In this document: positions 20,036 to 33,222 of the stretch, one piece after another
Layout of the letters: the number at the start of each line of letters is the position of its first letter
Position numbering within the stretch: position 1 is the first letter of the stretch
Origin: an uncultured Chlamydiae bacterium
Lineage (GTDB): Bacteria > Chlamydiota > Chlamydiia > Chlamydiales > Parachlamydiaceae
NCBI GenBank assembly: GCA_963754655.1
Contig: CAVWGN010000001.1
Span: 1,312,001 to 1,376,000 of the forward strand
Reading direction: 5' to 3'
Length of the DNA: 64,000 nt
Position numbers and translations under genes: made by a program
Notes under the pieces: generated by a model
The model's database searches: none
The model's input: only the letters and a program-made list of their open reading frames with translations
Told to the model about the DNA's origin: nothing

Positions 20036-22213
20036 ATGATGATGATGCAGCCAACCACGTTTGAAGAACATTTTTATGATCAACTTTTGCGCATTATCGA
20101 GGCAAGACATCATCAGCCTCATGCTCTTTTAGGCCTCCACCCTTTTTTTGGAGAAAGCAAAGTCATTCGCCTTTGGCGTCCAGGTGCTCAGCAAATTTTC
20201 TTAGAAGTTTTTGGAACTCTTGTGGAAGCGCGTAAAATTCACGAAGCAGGAATTTTTGAATATGTGGTTCCTCAGCATACAACTCTGCATGATTATCGCG
20301 TCTTTCATCAAAACGGGCTTTTAGCGCATGATCCCTATGCCTTTTTGCCTACATTTGGCGATTTAGATCAATATTTGTTTGGTAAAGGAGTGCATTATCA
20401 GCTTTATCAGAATATGGGAGGACGCCTCACTCATCACCAAGGGGTAGCAGGCGCTAAATTTTCTGTTTGGGCACCCAATGCCAGGGGAGTTTCTGTTATT
20501 GGTGATTTCAATTATTGGGATGGCCGATTGAATCCTATGCGTATCATGGGTTATTCTGGTGTCTGGGAGCTTTTCATTCCAGGATTGGTGGAAGGGCAGA
20601 AGTATAAATTTGAAATCCAAACTCAGCAAGGCGAGCGGCTTGTCAAAGCTGACCCTTATGCTTTGATGAGCGAAATGCGGCCGGCCACAGCTTCGGTTCT
20701 CGCCAATATTGAGCGTTTCCAATGGAGTGATCATAGCTGGATGATTGAACGTAGCCATCGGAATATTCAATCGCATCCCATGAGTATTTATGAAGTGCAT
20801 CTCGGTTCTTGGCGTAAACAGGATGATCATTTTCTTAATTATCGAGACCTTGCACATCGGCTAGCCCTCTATTGCCTAGAAATGGGATTTAACTACATTG
20901 AACTTCTTCCCATTCAAGAACATCCGCTGGATGAATCATGGGGATACCAAGTATCGGGTTTTTATGCCCCGACAAGCCGTTTTGGAATGCCTGAAGATTT
21001 TATGTACTTTGTCAATCATTTGCACCAAAACGGGATTGGAGTTATTCTCGATTGGGTGCCAGGCCATTTTCCCACAGATGATTTTTCACTGGGCCGATTC
21101 GATGGTTCTGCTCTCTACGAACATGCCGATCCTCGCCAAGGATATCATCCTCATTGGCATACGCATATTTTTAATTTCGGACGGCATGAAGTCACAAATT
21201 TTCTAATTGCCAATGCCTTATTTTGGTTTGAAGCAATGCATGTGGATGGCTTAAGAGTGGATGCCGTAGCTTCAATGCTTTATTTGGATTACGGACGTGA
21301 AAGTGGTGAATGGATTCCCAATTTGTATGGAGGAAAAGAAAATTTACAGGCCATTGAGTTTATCAAGCACATGAACTCCATTGTCCATTCTCGTTGTCCG
21401 GGGATCCTTACGATTGCTGAGGAATCGACCTCCTTTACAGGAGTCACCCATCCAGTTGACAAAGAAGGGCTGGGATTCGATCTCAAATGGAACATGGGGT
21501 GGATGAATGATACCTTGCGTTATTTTTCCAAAGATCCTATTTACCGACATTACCACCATCACGATTTAACGTTTGGATTGATTTACGCTTTTTCTGAACA
21601 TTTTATCCTTGTCTTTTCTCATGATGAAGTTGTGCATGGCAAGCGAGCGTTATTAAGTAAAATGCCGGGGGACATATGGCAGCAGTTTGCCAATTTACGC
21701 TTGCTTTTGAGTTACATGATGTGCCAGCCAGGAAAAAAATTGATCTTCATGGGAGGGGAAATTGGACAATGGAATGAGTGGAATTGCAAGCGCGAAATCG
21801 AATGGTCTTTATTGGATTACCCCACTCACCATGGCATTCAACAGATGGTCAAAGAGTTGAATCACTTTTATCAGGAGCATCCGGCTCTGTGGGAAAGAGA
21901 CTTTCATTACGACTCTTTCCAATGGGTCGATTTTTTCGATACTCAAAATAGCGTCATCAGTTATTTGCGTAAAGGAGAAAACGAGAAGCTCTTTTGCGTG
22001 CACAATTTTACCTCTGCTTATCATCCCCAGTATGTCTTTCATTTTGGCTCTTTCCACCATATCGAGGAAATTTTTAATTCCGATGCGGAAAGATATGGCG
22101 GATCAAGCAAGTTAAACACACAGCCAGAGGTGATTCAGGATTCAGAGGGTCAAACCATTGGATTAAGAATTGCTTTAGCTCCTCTTGCCACTATGATTTT
22201 CAAAATCCACTAG
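20036..22213 (+). CDS. glgB: 1,4-alpha-glucan branching enzyme
   Basis: FSVWAPNA, IYEVHLGSW, SWGYQ, DWVPGHFP, DGLRVDAVASM, AEEST, SHDEVVHGK GH13 motifs. Confidence 0.98.
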   Translation: MMMMQPTTFEEHFYDQLLRIIEARHHQPHALLGLHPFFGESKVIRLWRPGAQQIFLEVFGTLVEARKIHEAGIFEYVVPQHTTLHDYRVFHQNGLLAHDPYAFLPTFGDLDQYLFGKGVHYQLYQNMGGRLTHHQGVAGAKFSVWAPNARGVSVIGDFNYWDGRLNPMRIMGYSGVWELFIPGLVEGQKYKFEIQTQQGERLVKADPYALMSEMRPATASVLANIERFQWSDHSWMIERSHRNIQSHPMSIYEVHLGSWRKQDDHFLNYRDLAHRLALYCLEMGFNYIELLPIQEHPLDESWGYQVSGFYAPTSRFGMPEDFMYFVNHLHQNGIGVILDWVPGHFPTDDFSLGRFDGSALYEHADPRQGYHPHWHTHIFNFGRHEVTNFLIANALFWFEAMHVDGLRVDAVASMLYLDYGRESGEWIPNLYGGKENLQAIEFIKHMNSIVHSRCPGILTIAEESTSFTGVTHPVDKEGLGFDLKWNMGWMNDTLRYFSKDPIYRHYHHHDLTFGLIYAFSEHFILVFSHDEVVHGKRALLSKMPGDIWQQFANLRLLLSYMMCQPGKKLIFMGGEIGQWNEWNCKREIEWSLLDYPTHHGIQQMVKELNHFYQEHPALWERDFHYDSFQWVDFFDTQNSVISYLRKGENEKLFCVHNFTSAYHPQYVFHFGSFHHIEEIFNSDAERYGGSSKLNTQPEVIQDSEGQTIGLRIALAPLATMIFKIH

Positions 22214-22423
22214 TACTCAACCACACTAGTTTTGTGTATTTAGATTGCTTGAAAGCGCCCGCGGTTGAATTGGCGTAAGTGGGTCAATATTAGCACAATA
22301 TGGACCCAGTTACGCCAATTCAACCCCGGGGCTAGGGTGTTCATTTTTTGCACAAAATGAACACCCTAGCCCCGGGCTTTGAAGCAGTTCCAATGGGCAA
22401 AAACTAATGTGGTTGAGTACTAG
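22210..22423. mobile_element. MITE-like element D (CTAG ends) carrying palindromic cassettes E and F
   Basis: Terminal inverted repeat CTAGTACTCAACCACACTAGTTTT...AAAACTAATGTGGTTGAGTACTAG; left CTAG overlaps the glgB TAG stop; related copies at 33223, 54171 and 60402. Confidence 0.85.
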
Positions 22424-22501
22424 AGGAAGAATAAATATTAGACAGAACTGATGCAACTCAATCCGTTTGGCGCTATTCTCAAATGTCTCTATTTTGTATA
22501 A

Positions 22502-24538
<2,037 letters not shown>

Positions 24539-24600
24539 ACTCATGGAACAGAGTACTGGTTGCGATAAAATAAAGAGAATGATAAATAGTTATTTAAATT

Positions 24601-25278
24601 ATGTATTTTACAAAGGATTATGCTATGTTGAAAAAATCGCTTTTTTTTAAATCTTTCTCTTCTTGTCTCCTTTCCTCAGGTTTTCTCATGCTGATTGTCA
24701 CAAGTTGTGCTTGCACGGATAACCGTAAGCCCGAAGCAAATAATCAAGATAATCAGAATAAAAATAATGAAGTTGCGCAAGTCACCGCCATAGGTGCTGT
24801 TCAGACGTCTGTTAAGAAAGCTATCGCTAAAGTCACACCCTATCCAGATCATGAAGTCTCAGGTCAGGTGACCTTTACAAAGGTTCCCCAGGGAATCAGA
24901 GTGGTCGCCGATGTCAATGGATTAAAGCCCGGCAAACATGGATTTCACGTTCATGAACATGGCGATTGCAGTGGAAAGGATGGAATGAAAGCAGGTGGCC
25001 ACTTTAATCCAACTAATAACAAACATGGAGGGCCTGATAGCCCAGAACGCCATGTCGGAGATTTGGGTAATTTAGAGGCAGATGAAAATGGTCATGCCTA
25101 TTATGAACGTATTGATAAACTTATTAGCTTTGAGGGAAAAAATTCTATTTTGGGAAAATCTATTATTATTCATGCTGATCCAGATGATTATGTCACTCAA
25201 CCTACAGGCAATTCTGGTCCTAGAATTGCTTGTGGTAAGGTTGAGGCGATTGGAGATCAATTATCCCCAACTGAATAA
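24601..25278 (+). CDS. sodC: Cu/Zn superoxide dismutase, exported (probable lipoprotein)
   Basis: HGFHVHE, AGGHFNP, RHVGDLGN, IIIH, GNSGPRIACG; signal peptide with lipobox-like VTSC; start may be ATG 24625. Confidence 0.95.
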   Translation: MYFTKDYAMLKKSLFFKSFSSCLLSSGFLMLIVTSCACTDNRKPEANNQDNQNKNNEVAQVTAIGAVQTSVKKAIAKVTPYPDHEVSGQVTFTKVPQGIRVVADVNGLKPGKHGFHVHEHGDCSGKDGMKAGGHFNPTNNKHGGPDSPERHVGDLGNLEADENGHAYYERIDKLISFEGKNSILGKSIIIHADPDDYVTQPTGNSGPRIACGKVEAIGDQLSPTE

Positions 25279-25393
25279 ATCTTTTTCATAGAGAGCTAAC
25301 AACCGATATTCGTCACGTAGGCATCAAGCTAAGATGCCTACATCTTAGATAGAATAAATTGATAAATTTCTGTTCACTCTTTTTCTGAAAGGA

Positions 25394-26242
25394 ATGTCGA
25401 TGCCAACAATAACAAAAATTCATTTGCCTTCCGGAAGATCGATTCCCGTTTTAGGACAAGGAACATGGATGATAGGAGAAGATTCACATCACAGGCAAGC
25501 AGAGATTGAAGCTCTGCGGATTGGATTAGATTTAGGATTGTCATTGATCGATACAGCCGAAATGTATGCAGAGGGCAGAGCGGAAGACTTGGTTGCAGAG
25601 GCAATTGGAAATCGGCGAAAAGAAGTTTTTCTTGTGAGTAAGGTTCTTCCACAAAACGCCACGCGAAGAGGTGTCATTGAGGCTTGTGAAAAAAGTTTGA
25701 GGCGCCTGAAAACTGATTACCTAGATCTTTACTTATTACACTGGCGAGGAACAATTCCTTTAAGAGAAACTCTTGAAGCTTTTCAAATCCTTAAAAAAGC
25801 AGGAAAAATCCTAGATTATGGTGTGAGCAATTTTGATGTGAATGAGATGGAAGAAGCGACGCTCTTAGAAGGTGGTAATGAAATTGTTGTGAATCAAATT
25901 CTATATAATTTACTACGGCGGGGAATCGAATGGGATCTCATTCCCTGGAGTCACACGCATAAAGTGCTACTTATGGCTTATTCTCCTATTGAGCAAGGAA
26001 AGCTTCTCGATCATCCTATGTTAAAAACGATTGCTGCTCGGCATCGAGCCACTCCAGCCCAAATTGCTTTAGCCTGGGTCCTCCAGCAAAAAGGAATGGT
26101 CGTCATTCCTAAGTCGGGGAGTGTGGCACACGTAAAGGAAAATGTTGCGGCCTTGGAGATTAAACTGACTAAGGATGATAACAGAGAACTTAATCAATCT
26201 TTTCCCTTTCCTACTCATCAAATGCCGTTGGAAACTCTTTAA
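25394..26242 (+). CDS. Aldo/keto reductase
   Basis: LGQGTW, IDTAEMY, LVSKV, DLYLLHW, GVSNF, AYSP, VIPKS. Confidence 0.95.
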   Translation: MSMPTITKIHLPSGRSIPVLGQGTWMIGEDSHHRQAEIEALRIGLDLGLSLIDTAEMYAEGRAEDLVAEAIGNRRKEVFLVSKVLPQNATRRGVIEACEKSLRRLKTDYLDLYLLHWRGTIPLRETLEAFQILKKAGKILDYGVSNFDVNEMEEATLLEGGNEIVVNQILYNLLRRGIEWDLIPWSHTHKVLLMAYSPIEQGKLLDHPMLKTIAARHRATPAQIALAWVLQQKGMVVIPKSGSVAHVKENVAALEIKLTKDDNRELNQSFPFPTHQMPLETL

Positions 26243-26259
26243 AAAGAGAAAGTAAATCC

Positions 26260-27600
26260 TTAAGCTGTTTGTGCGCACGGAGTCGAAACGAGCTCGCCTA
26301 GCAAAGTTTGGTGGCTATAGCTATGAATTTGAACTTGCTGCAGGGTCCCAATTAATTCATCACCACCCGGAAATAAGACATTTTTCCAACAGCGTGTTTT
26401 ACCCTTAAGGAAACTATTGTCTTTGAAGTTGCGTTTTTCGACTAAGATCTCGATTGTTTGTCCAAGAAAGGTTTGACGTTGTTTGATGTAAATTTCTTCT
26501 TGAAGCTTGAGTAGGCGTTGGAGGCGATCTTGCTTGACTTCCTCTGAAATATCATCGCGCCAGCGCATAGCGGGTGTTCCTTTACGGGGACTATAAGCGA
26601 AAAGAAAGGCGACAGAATATTCAATTTCTTTTAGAAGGCGGTAAGTTTCCTGGAATTCTTCTTCTGTTTCAGTTGGAAAGCCAACAATAATGTCAGTTCC
26701 TAAGGAAACATGGGGAACAATTTCCCTAAAAAGATGGATTTTTTCTAAATACTGCTCGACCGTGTAAATGCGATGCATTTTTCTGAGAATGCGATTAGAT
26801 CCTGCTTGCAAAGGGAAGTGAACGAATTCACAGAGAGATTTCAAATCGCGAATGGCTTCCATTAATTCGCGCGTAATGTCAACAGGATGGCTGGTCATAA
26901 AGCGGACGCGCTCTAGCCCTGGAATCTGGTCCAATTGGTAGAGAAGATCGTGAAAGAGGCATTTCCATTCAGGTTGATCTTTCCCATAGCTATTGACATT
27001 TTGGCCTAGCAAGGTGACTTCTTTATAGCCTTGATGAACCAGCTGACGACACTCTTCGACAATACTTGCAGGTAGGCGAGAGACCTCGGAGCCACGCGTA
27101 TAGGGAACGACACAGTAAGTGCAAAATTTATCGCAACCGCGAATAATAGAGACATAAGCTTTGACTTTGTCTTCACGTTTTGCGCTAAGATAATCGAGTT
27201 CATAAGTAAAATGGTCATCTGTACGAACCATTTGCTTGCCGGTCGCTAAAACTTCATCTAACACATGGTTGAGTTCGTGGATATTATTAGTTCCGAGGAC
27301 AAAATCAATATGAGGCAATTTTTGAAAAAGAGACTCTTTTTTAGCGTTAGCCATGCAGCCCGTGACACCAATGATGGCTTTGCTTTGATGGGTGCGACCA
27401 AGTAGACCCAATTTGCCCATGACTTTACGCTCTGCAAGATCGCGAATTGAGCACGTGTTGTATAAAAGGAGGTCGGCATCTAATTCATCATGACAGCGCA
27501 CAAGGCCTCGGTTTTCAAGCTGACCAATCATAATTTCAGAATCCAACTCATTCATTTGGCAGCCGTAAGTACGGATATAAAAATTTTTAAGTTCTCGCAT
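26260..27600 (-). CDS. miaB: tRNA i6A37 methylthiotransferase MiaB
   Basis: TYGCQMNELDS, NTCSIR, GCDKFCTYCVVP, LLGQNVNSY, FMTSHP; TRAM domain. Confidence 0.97.
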   Translation of the reverse strand: MRELKNFYIRTYGCQMNELDSEIMIGQLENRGLVRCHDELDADLLLYNTCSIRDLAERKVMGKLGLLGRTHQSKAIIGVTGCMANAKKESLFQKLPHIDFVLGTNNIHELNHVLDEVLATGKQMVRTDDHFTYELDYLSAKREDKVKAYVSIIRGCDKFCTYCVVPYTRGSEVSRLPASIVEECRQLVHQGYKEVTLLGQNVNSYGKDQPEWKCLFHDLLYQLDQIPGLERVRFMTSHPVDITRELMEAIRDLKSLCEFVHFPLQAGSNRILRKMHRIYTVEQYLEKIHLFREIVPHVSLGTDIIVGFPTETEEEFQETYRLLKEIEYSVAFLFAYSPRKGTPAMRWRDDISEEVKQDRLQRLLKLQEEIYIKQRQTFLGQTIEILVEKRNFKDNSFLKGKTRCWKNVLFPGGDELIGTLQQVQIHSYSHQTLLGELVSTPCAQTA

Positions 27601-27684
27601 AATTCTTTTCTAAGTTAAGGATGAAGGGAATCAAAAGGATGATTTTAAAAGGAAACGCCCTTTTATTCAACTATGAAAAAAAGC

Positions 27685-27797
27685 TTGGCAAAAATAAGTC
27701 AAAATCGTTATTATAGCACTTTATTTCTAGTAAAATCACAGGCTTATCTAAAAATTTAAGATTAAGCCGAACTTTTCTTTATAAGAAAAGTTAACTT
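27685..27797 (+). promoter_or_regulatory. Putative rplM promoter and structured leader
   Basis: TTGGCA-N18-TATTAT followed by two hairpins (27741-27768 and 27770-27792). Confidence 0.4.
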
Positions 27798-28256
27798 ATG
27801 CATAAGGTCGGAAACATGCACAAACTGGCAAAGACATTTATTCCAAATAAGAAAGAGACAAAGCTCCATTGGTTTATTTTGGATGCTTCTGGGAAAACGT
27901 TAGGTCGTTTGACCTGTGAAATTTCTAAAATTCTACGAGGAAAACACAAGCCGATTTATACCACATATTTAGATTGTGGCGATGGAGTGATTGTCATCAA
28001 CGCAGAGAAAGTGAAAGTAACCGGTTCAAAAGAAGCACAAAAGGTTTACCGTTATTACACAGGTTCAATGAGTGGTTTGCGTGAAATTCCTTTTCGTACC
28101 ATGAAAGCGCGCAAACCTCAGTATATTATTGAACATGCTGTCAAAGGAATGATGCCTAAAACACGTCTTGGAAGACAACAATTGAAGAAATTGCGCGTTT
28201 TTGCAGGAGAGCAACATGATCTTGCTGCGCAGCAGCCCATTCAAGTTAACATTTAA
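27798..28256 (+). CDS. rplM: 50S ribosomal protein L13
   Basis: [40 protein letters not shown]; start may be the second Met (27816). Confidence 0.97.
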   Translation: MHKVGNMHKLAKTFIPNKKETKLHWFILDASGKTLGRLTCEISKILRGKHKPIYTTYLDCGDGVIVINAEKVKVTGSKEAQKVYRYYTGSMSGLREIPFRTMKARKPQYIIEHAVKGMMPKTRLGRQQLKKLRVFAGEQHDLAAQQPIQVNI

Positions 28257-28272
28257 GCGAGAATAAAAGACT

Positions 28273-28662
28273 ATGGTAGAAGAAACTTTAGCAACCGGAC
28301 GACGCAAAACAGCTGTTGCGTCTATCAGACTAAGAAGCGGTAATGGCAATGTCGATATTAATGGGCGAAAACTCGAAGAATATTTTCCCCTTGAACTTCA
28401 GCGCAAAACCGTTTTTGCTCCTCTCGTAAAATTAGGCGGTCATGGCCGTTATGACATGATTATCCGTGTGAGAGGAGGGGGGCTTGAAGCTCAAGCGATT
28501 GCCATTCGTTTAGGTTTAGCAAGAGCGCTTGTGCAAAACGATGAAAATCTTCGTCATGATTTTAAAGAGCATGGTTATTTGACGAGAGATTCGCGCAAGA
28601 AAGAACGTAAAAAATATGGTCGAGCAGGAGCTCGTAAGCGCTTCCAATTCTCTAAGCGCTAA
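28273..28662 (+). CDS. rpsI: 30S ribosomal protein S9
   Basis: [33 protein letters not shown]. Confidence 0.98.
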   Translation: MVEETLATGRRKTAVASIRLRSGNGNVDINGRKLEEYFPLELQRKTVFAPLVKLGGHGRYDMIIRVRGGGLEAQAIAIRLGLARALVQNDENLRHDFKEHGYLTRDSRKKERKKYGRAGARKRFQFSKR

Positions 28663-28695
28663 ATTCTGTCTTGTATACATGGATATACTTCAAGT

Positions 28696-28727
28696 AAAAG
28701 CACAAAGTTTTTCTTTGTGCTTTTTTT
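28696..28727 (+). terminator. Rho-independent terminator, probably bidirectional
   Basis: AAAAGCACAAAG-TTTTT-CTTTGTGC-T7 between the convergent rpsI and yqgE genes. Confidence 0.85.
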
Positions 28728-28782
28728 ATGGAATGAACTCGGTTACAGTACAGGTTAAGCAGTCCAATAGGAAAAACTCATT

Positions 28783-29352
28783 CTAATTCAGTGAGAGATC
28801 TTCAGGAATCATAGAGAGAGTGGCATATTTCCCTCCCATTTCTCGTAGTAATGTTTGCCATAATTTATCGGCAGGAGTGTAAAAGATGTGGTTCACGTCA
28901 GCAGGATGTAAAAACCAGTGTCCATCTAGGAATTCGCGCTCCAGTTGTCCTGTTCCCCAGCCTGCATAGCCAAAGCAAAGATGAATATAGGGGCCATTGG
29001 GATCTAAAATGGATTCTTGCAGAAATTGCAAGTCCCCACCTAAATAGACACCCTCGCAAATTTTTAATGTTTGATTCTCAATTTGATTAGAGCTATGCAA
29101 TAGCATCATTTGGTTGGTTTGAACAGGGCCTCCTGCTCGAATGCCAATGTGTGGATTGGCAAGTTGATTGATGTTAATGATTTCATCGGGCAATTCTAAA
29201 TCTAGCGCTTTATTAATCAATAGACCAAAGGATCCATTTGCGTTGTGTTCACAAACCATAATGACACCACGAAAGAAAAAGCCTGCGTCAATGTCAGGAG
29301 TGGCAATTAAAAAAGTTCCTTTTTGAATTTGCGAATAAGAGATAGAATCCAT
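28783..29352 (-). CDS. YqgE/AlgH family protein (UPF0301)
   Basis: [31 protein letters not shown], terminal SLN; start placed at MDSIS after an AAGGAG SD. Confidence 0.92.
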   Translation of the reverse strand: MDSISYSQIQKGTFLIATPDIDAGFFFRGVIMVCEHNANGSFGLLINKALDLELPDEIININQLANPHIGIRAGGPVQTNQMMLLHSSNQIENQTLKICEGVYLGGDLQFLQESILDPNGPYIHLCFGYAGWGTGQLEREFLDGHWFLHPADVNHIFYTPADKLWQTLLREMGGKYATLSMIPEDLSLN

Positions 29353-29366
29353 CCACTTCGCTCCTT

Positions 29367-30692
29367 TTATTGTGTTGTACAAGGACAAGGCAGTTGATCT
29401 TGCGATATGACTTGTTCGTTATAAATTTTTAACGTTTCTTCCATGTTTTCTACGCGCCGAAGAACCTCTGCAAAACGCTGAGTAAAATGACGATTATAAA
29501 TTAAAGATTGGGGGTAACACTCTGATTCATTTTCATTTAATACCATAGAAACTCGAGAAAGGGAAGCAGAAATTTGATCCATTTCTTGGTTAAAATACTT
29601 TGCAAATTCATCAGGACTTGAGAGCTTTTCAAGTAAGCGAAGTCGACGCCCTTGTAGTCTTTGCCAACGCTTATCCAAATGGAACAAAAGGCCATAAGAA
29701 TTCATATCATTCATAACCACTTCGCCTTTATGTAAAATGGATTTAAGGCGTAAGTATAACTCATCTCCGATAAAGAGCTGTCCTAACGTTCCCTTTCCTT
29801 GCTGCGTATAATCAATGATTTGATTGGCTTTTTCAGTAAAAGCTACCGCGTTACGGGCTGTTGTATGAAAGTTATCGAAGGCATGCTCAACTATCGACCA
29901 AGAGCGCTGGACTTGAAGACTTAAGTCATGAAAATGATCTAATGATTTATCGATTGTGGACCAGCTGCGATGCGCACGCTCTGTTAAACTATAAATATTG
30001 TGTATAGAAGCATCTATTGCATTCCAAGAATGATTAGCTCTTTCTGATAATGTCAATATATTGTCTAAGGTTTGCCGCAATTTTTCAGGCTGGTTTAGAG
30101 CAGTTGTCATGTCTAAGATGTTATCCGCACTTCTACCAATTTTTGCTACAATTTCAGTGCGTTTGATATCTGCCATTACCTCATGAAAATCGTCCAAGAC
30201 GACGCCAAATTTTTTAGAAAGAGTTCCAATTTGCTTCATGGTATCTTCAATAGAAGTTGTTTGCGCAGCATAGAGGACCTCATCTTCTACTTTTTTGAGT
30301 TTTTCGCCAGGCTGTAAAGGACGAGGGGTAATTTCAATATTGCGCTCGCCAAGTAGCCCTGAAGTGCGTAAAGTAATGTCATCAGTATTAAAGACATCTA
30401 CTCCAGAATCCACTTTAAGAACAAGTTCATAAATGTAGACATCGCCATGATTGCTGAGGCGGCCTATACGTGCTTCAGGCAGTTCTTGAATCGAAACGAC
30501 CTCTCCCATTGGTTTCCCCGCAAAAGTCACTCGAGTTCCAACGTTGACTTTATCAATATCAGTAAATCGAACACGTAATGTTTTTGCATTATCTCCTACG
30601 CTGGGATGGAGAAAAAGAAGCATAAAGATAATAATGCTGATGGCGGCAATGACAAAAAGGCCAATCAGGATGTTCTTGATTGAAGCGACCAT
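29367..30692 (-). CDS. mlaD: MCE/MlaD family protein with long coiled-coil
   Basis: N-terminal [36 protein letters not shown]. Confidence 0.88.
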   Translation of the reverse strand: MVASIKNILIGLFVIAAISIIIFMLLFLHPSVGDNAKTLRVRFTDIDKVNVGTRVTFAGKPMGEVVSIQELPEARIGRLSNHGDVYIYELVLKVDSGVDVFNTDDITLRTSGLLGERNIEITPRPLQPGEKLKKVEDEVLYAAQTTSIEDTMKQIGTLSKKFGVVLDDFHEVMADIKRTEIVAKIGRSADNILDMTTALNQPEKLRQTLDNILTLSERANHSWNAIDASIHNIYSLTERAHRSWSTIDKSLDHFHDLSLQVQRSWSIVEHAFDNFHTTARNAVAFTEKANQIIDYTQQGKGTLGQLFIGDELYLRLKSILHKGEVVMNDMNSYGLLFHLDKRWQRLQGRRLRLLEKLSSPDEFAKYFNQEMDQISASLSRVSMVLNENESECYPQSLIYNRHFTQRFAEVLRRVENMEETLKIYNEQVISQDQLPCPCTTQ

Positions 30693-30697
30693 AATAA

Positions 30698-31471
30698 TTA
30701 AGAGCCTCCAGCTTGTTTATATTTCTCCCAATCTCTTTTATCAATAATGGCATTGTTAAAAAAGTCTCGAAGAAGAGGATCGTCAATTTGTAAAAATTCG
30801 GATTTAGGAGCAATTTGTGCAATTTTGCCATCAGAATGGAAAGCCAATCGATCGCCAACCTCTAAAGCAGAGCGGATATCATGAGTGACGACAATGCTTG
30901 TTGCCTTTAATTCTTTTTTCGTTTGATTGATCAATTCATTAATCTGCATGGAAGTAATAGGGTCAAGACCTGTTGTGGGTTCATCATATAAAATAATCTC
31001 GGGACCATAAACAATGAGTCTTGCCAAAGCTGCTCGTTTGCGCATTCCTCCTGATAATTCTGAAGGCATTTTACTTTCAGTGCCTCCTAGTCCCACCATT
31101 TCTAAGGCATGTGCGACTCTATCTTTTACTTCAGCCTGTGTGAGCGAAGGATAATGCTGACGGAGGTAAAACGCAGTATTTTGACCCACATCCATGGAAT
31201 CAAACAAAGCAGATCCTTGAAATAACATTCCCATGGGTTTAAGACTAGGCCGCATGGTTCTTTTTGTTAAATCAGTGACTTTTTGACCATCTACTTCGAT
31301 ATAACCTTTATCTGGTGATTCAAGTCCAATGATTTGCTTGAGTAAAACACTTTTACCTACTCCAGATCTTCCTAGAATAATTAATGTTTCGCCATCCAAA
31401 ATATCTAGGCAAAGTCCTTTTAAGACTTCAAGTTTGCCATAGCGCTTCCAAACGTCGTGAACATGAATCAT
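30698..31471 (-). CDS. mlaF: MlaF/Mkl ABC transporter ATPase
   Basis: GRSGVGKS, LFQGSALFDS, LSGGMRKR, YDEPTTGLDP, VTHD. Confidence 0.93.
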   Translation of the reverse strand: MIHVHDVWKRYGKLEVLKGLCLDILDGETLIILGRSGVGKSVLLKQIIGLESPDKGYIEVDGQKVTDLTKRTMRPSLKPMGMLFQGSALFDSMDVGQNTAFYLRQHYPSLTQAEVKDRVAHALEMVGLGGTESKMPSELSGGMRKRAALARLIVYGPEIILYDEPTTGLDPITSMQINELINQTKKELKATSIVVTHDIRSALEVGDRLAFHSDGKIAQIAPKSEFLQIDDPLLRDFFNNAIIDKRDWEKYKQAGGS

Positions 31472-31492
31472 ATTATTATCTGTAGTAAGGAG

Positions 31493-32284
31493 TTAAAACC
31501 ATTTTGCCAAGAAATCATTAATACAGTTATAAGAGGTATTCAATGCGAGTGTCAGTACAAAGTTGACAATTAAAATGATTGAATAACAAATCACAACGCT
31601 ATTTGTCGTTGAGCGACCTACACCTGCAGCTCCTCCTTGCGTAGTCATTCCTTTATAGCAAGAAATGGTAACGATAATAAGGGCAAATACCATCGATTTA
31701 ACCATTCCACTGACAAAATCGAATGTGGTGACATGAATAGGAAGAGGGTCGAGAAAAGAACTTGGCGCCATTTTATAAAAACCCACCGCAATAAGATAGC
31801 CCCCTAAAACTCCCATGATGGAACTAAAGACAGTTAAAAGAGGCATCATCAAAATACCAGCAATAAAACGGGGAGCTACGAGATAGCGCAGAGGATTGAC
31901 TGACATGGAACGCATAGCATCAATTTGTTCAGTGACACGCATAGTCCCTAATTCTGCACACATTGAAGCGCCGACTCTGCCCGTGACCATAAAAGCTGTT
32001 AAAACAGGGCCTAATTCGACCAACATAGCCTTCGCAACCATTAATCCCGTTGCACTGGCTAATCCTTTATCGGATAGTTGGAAAAAAGCTTGTGTTGCTA
32101 ATACCATGCCCGTTGAAAATCCTGTAATGGCTACGACAGGTAAGGACATGACACCAATATCAAACATTTGATCGCGAATTAAAATCCAAGCAGGCGGACG
32201 ACGCATTGAAACCCAAATCACGCCTGTAATCAGAAGGATATAATCCCCAACGGCAGATAGAAATTGCAAAATAGCATTATTCAT
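31493..32284 (-). CDS. mlaE: MlaE family ABC permease
   Basis: ELGPVLTA, GRVGASMCAELGTMRVTEQIDA, GGAAGVGRSTT. Confidence 0.95.
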   Translation of the reverse strand: MNNAILQFLSAVGDYILLITGVIWVSMRRPPAWILIRDQMFDIGVMSLPVVAITGFSTGMVLATQAFFQLSDKGLASATGLMVAKAMLVELGPVLTAFMVTGRVGASMCAELGTMRVTEQIDAMRSMSVNPLRYLVAPRFIAGILMMPLLTVFSSIMGVLGGYLIAVGFYKMAPSSFLDPLPIHVTTFDFVSGMVKSMVFALIIVTISCYKGMTTQGGAAGVGRSTTNSVVICYSIILIVNFVLTLALNTSYNCINDFLAKWF

Positions 32285-32404
32285 TAAGAAACTTAAGCGG
32301 TTGAATTCATTAAATGAATAATAGAAAATGGTTAGATTAGAGTCAAGTTAAGCAGCGAGGCACAGCATGCCATGTGAAGATGTCTCAATCATGATGACGT
32401 AGAT

Positions 32405-33001
32405 TTAAGACTTTTCATTCTTAATTAAAAACTCGCGCAAAAATTCAGCTTCCTCACGGTGAGTATAGTCTCTTAAAACAAAAGTGTCTGGTCGATTCAT
32501 CGAAGGATCGATTGGATTAAATAAATCAGGAGTAAAATAATCGATTTTACAACTCGTTAAAGGAATAGATTGAGTTGGAAAAGCTTGAAGCCATTGATTT
32601 TTAGTGTAAAATTCAAATAAATTCTTTGTTGCAACAATTTCTCTTTCTTCCCACTTCCATCTGGGTGTATGAGAGTTCAAATTGAGCTCACGAATAAAAT
32701 TTAAAAATCGTGTAAAAAAATTGCTGTTTTTGATTTTATCGTCTGTCTTTGAATAAAACTGAGTAATTTTAGCAGCAATATTTCTTCCCCGAAATCTTTC
32801 CGTCTCATCATAATCCCAATTACGGCAGATAATTGAATAGACAAGATCCGACAAAAAATCAATCGAGATATCTGCTTCATAACCTTGTACCATCACTTTA
32901 CGACCTCCCCAAAAACTCACCTCGGCTTGAGCTTGATCTAATAAATTATCCAGATCCTCAAAAGTTAAATTTGGATCATTGAGTTTTTCTTTAATATTCA
33001 C
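32405..33001 (-). CDS. Hypothetical protein
   Basis: 198-aa ORF, GTG start after AAGGA; AT-rich; no known motif. Confidence 0.65.
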   Translation of the reverse strand: MNIKEKLNDPNLTFEDLDNLLDQAQAEVSFWGGRKVMVQGYEADISIDFLSDLVYSIICRNWDYDETERFRGRNIAAKITQFYSKTDDKIKNSNFFTRFLNFIRELNLNSHTPRWKWEEREIVATKNLFEFYTKNQWLQAFPTQSIPLTSCKIDYFTPDLFNPIDPSMNRPDTFVLRDYTHREEAEFLREFLIKNEKS

Positions 33002-33222
33002 TTGATTTCCTTACAATTCATACATAGGATAAAGAGGTATCCTTTTTCTTTCAACTTTAAACCCACCTCTATCATTGGCTTGCAAAGAGGAAATCGGAGC
33101 ACTTCCCTGTCTCACAATCTGTGAGGAGCTGCGTGAACAGGTCAATACCTTTATTGAAAACTCCCTTAAAAAGAAAGGTCTCCATAGGAGTGCCATTCCT
33201 GTTTAATGAAGCTACCGGTTCA

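Noticed and set aside
33011..33210. Small ORFs on both strands upstream of the 198-aa gene
   Set aside because: Short, no recognisable motif, and the coding strand cannot be decided
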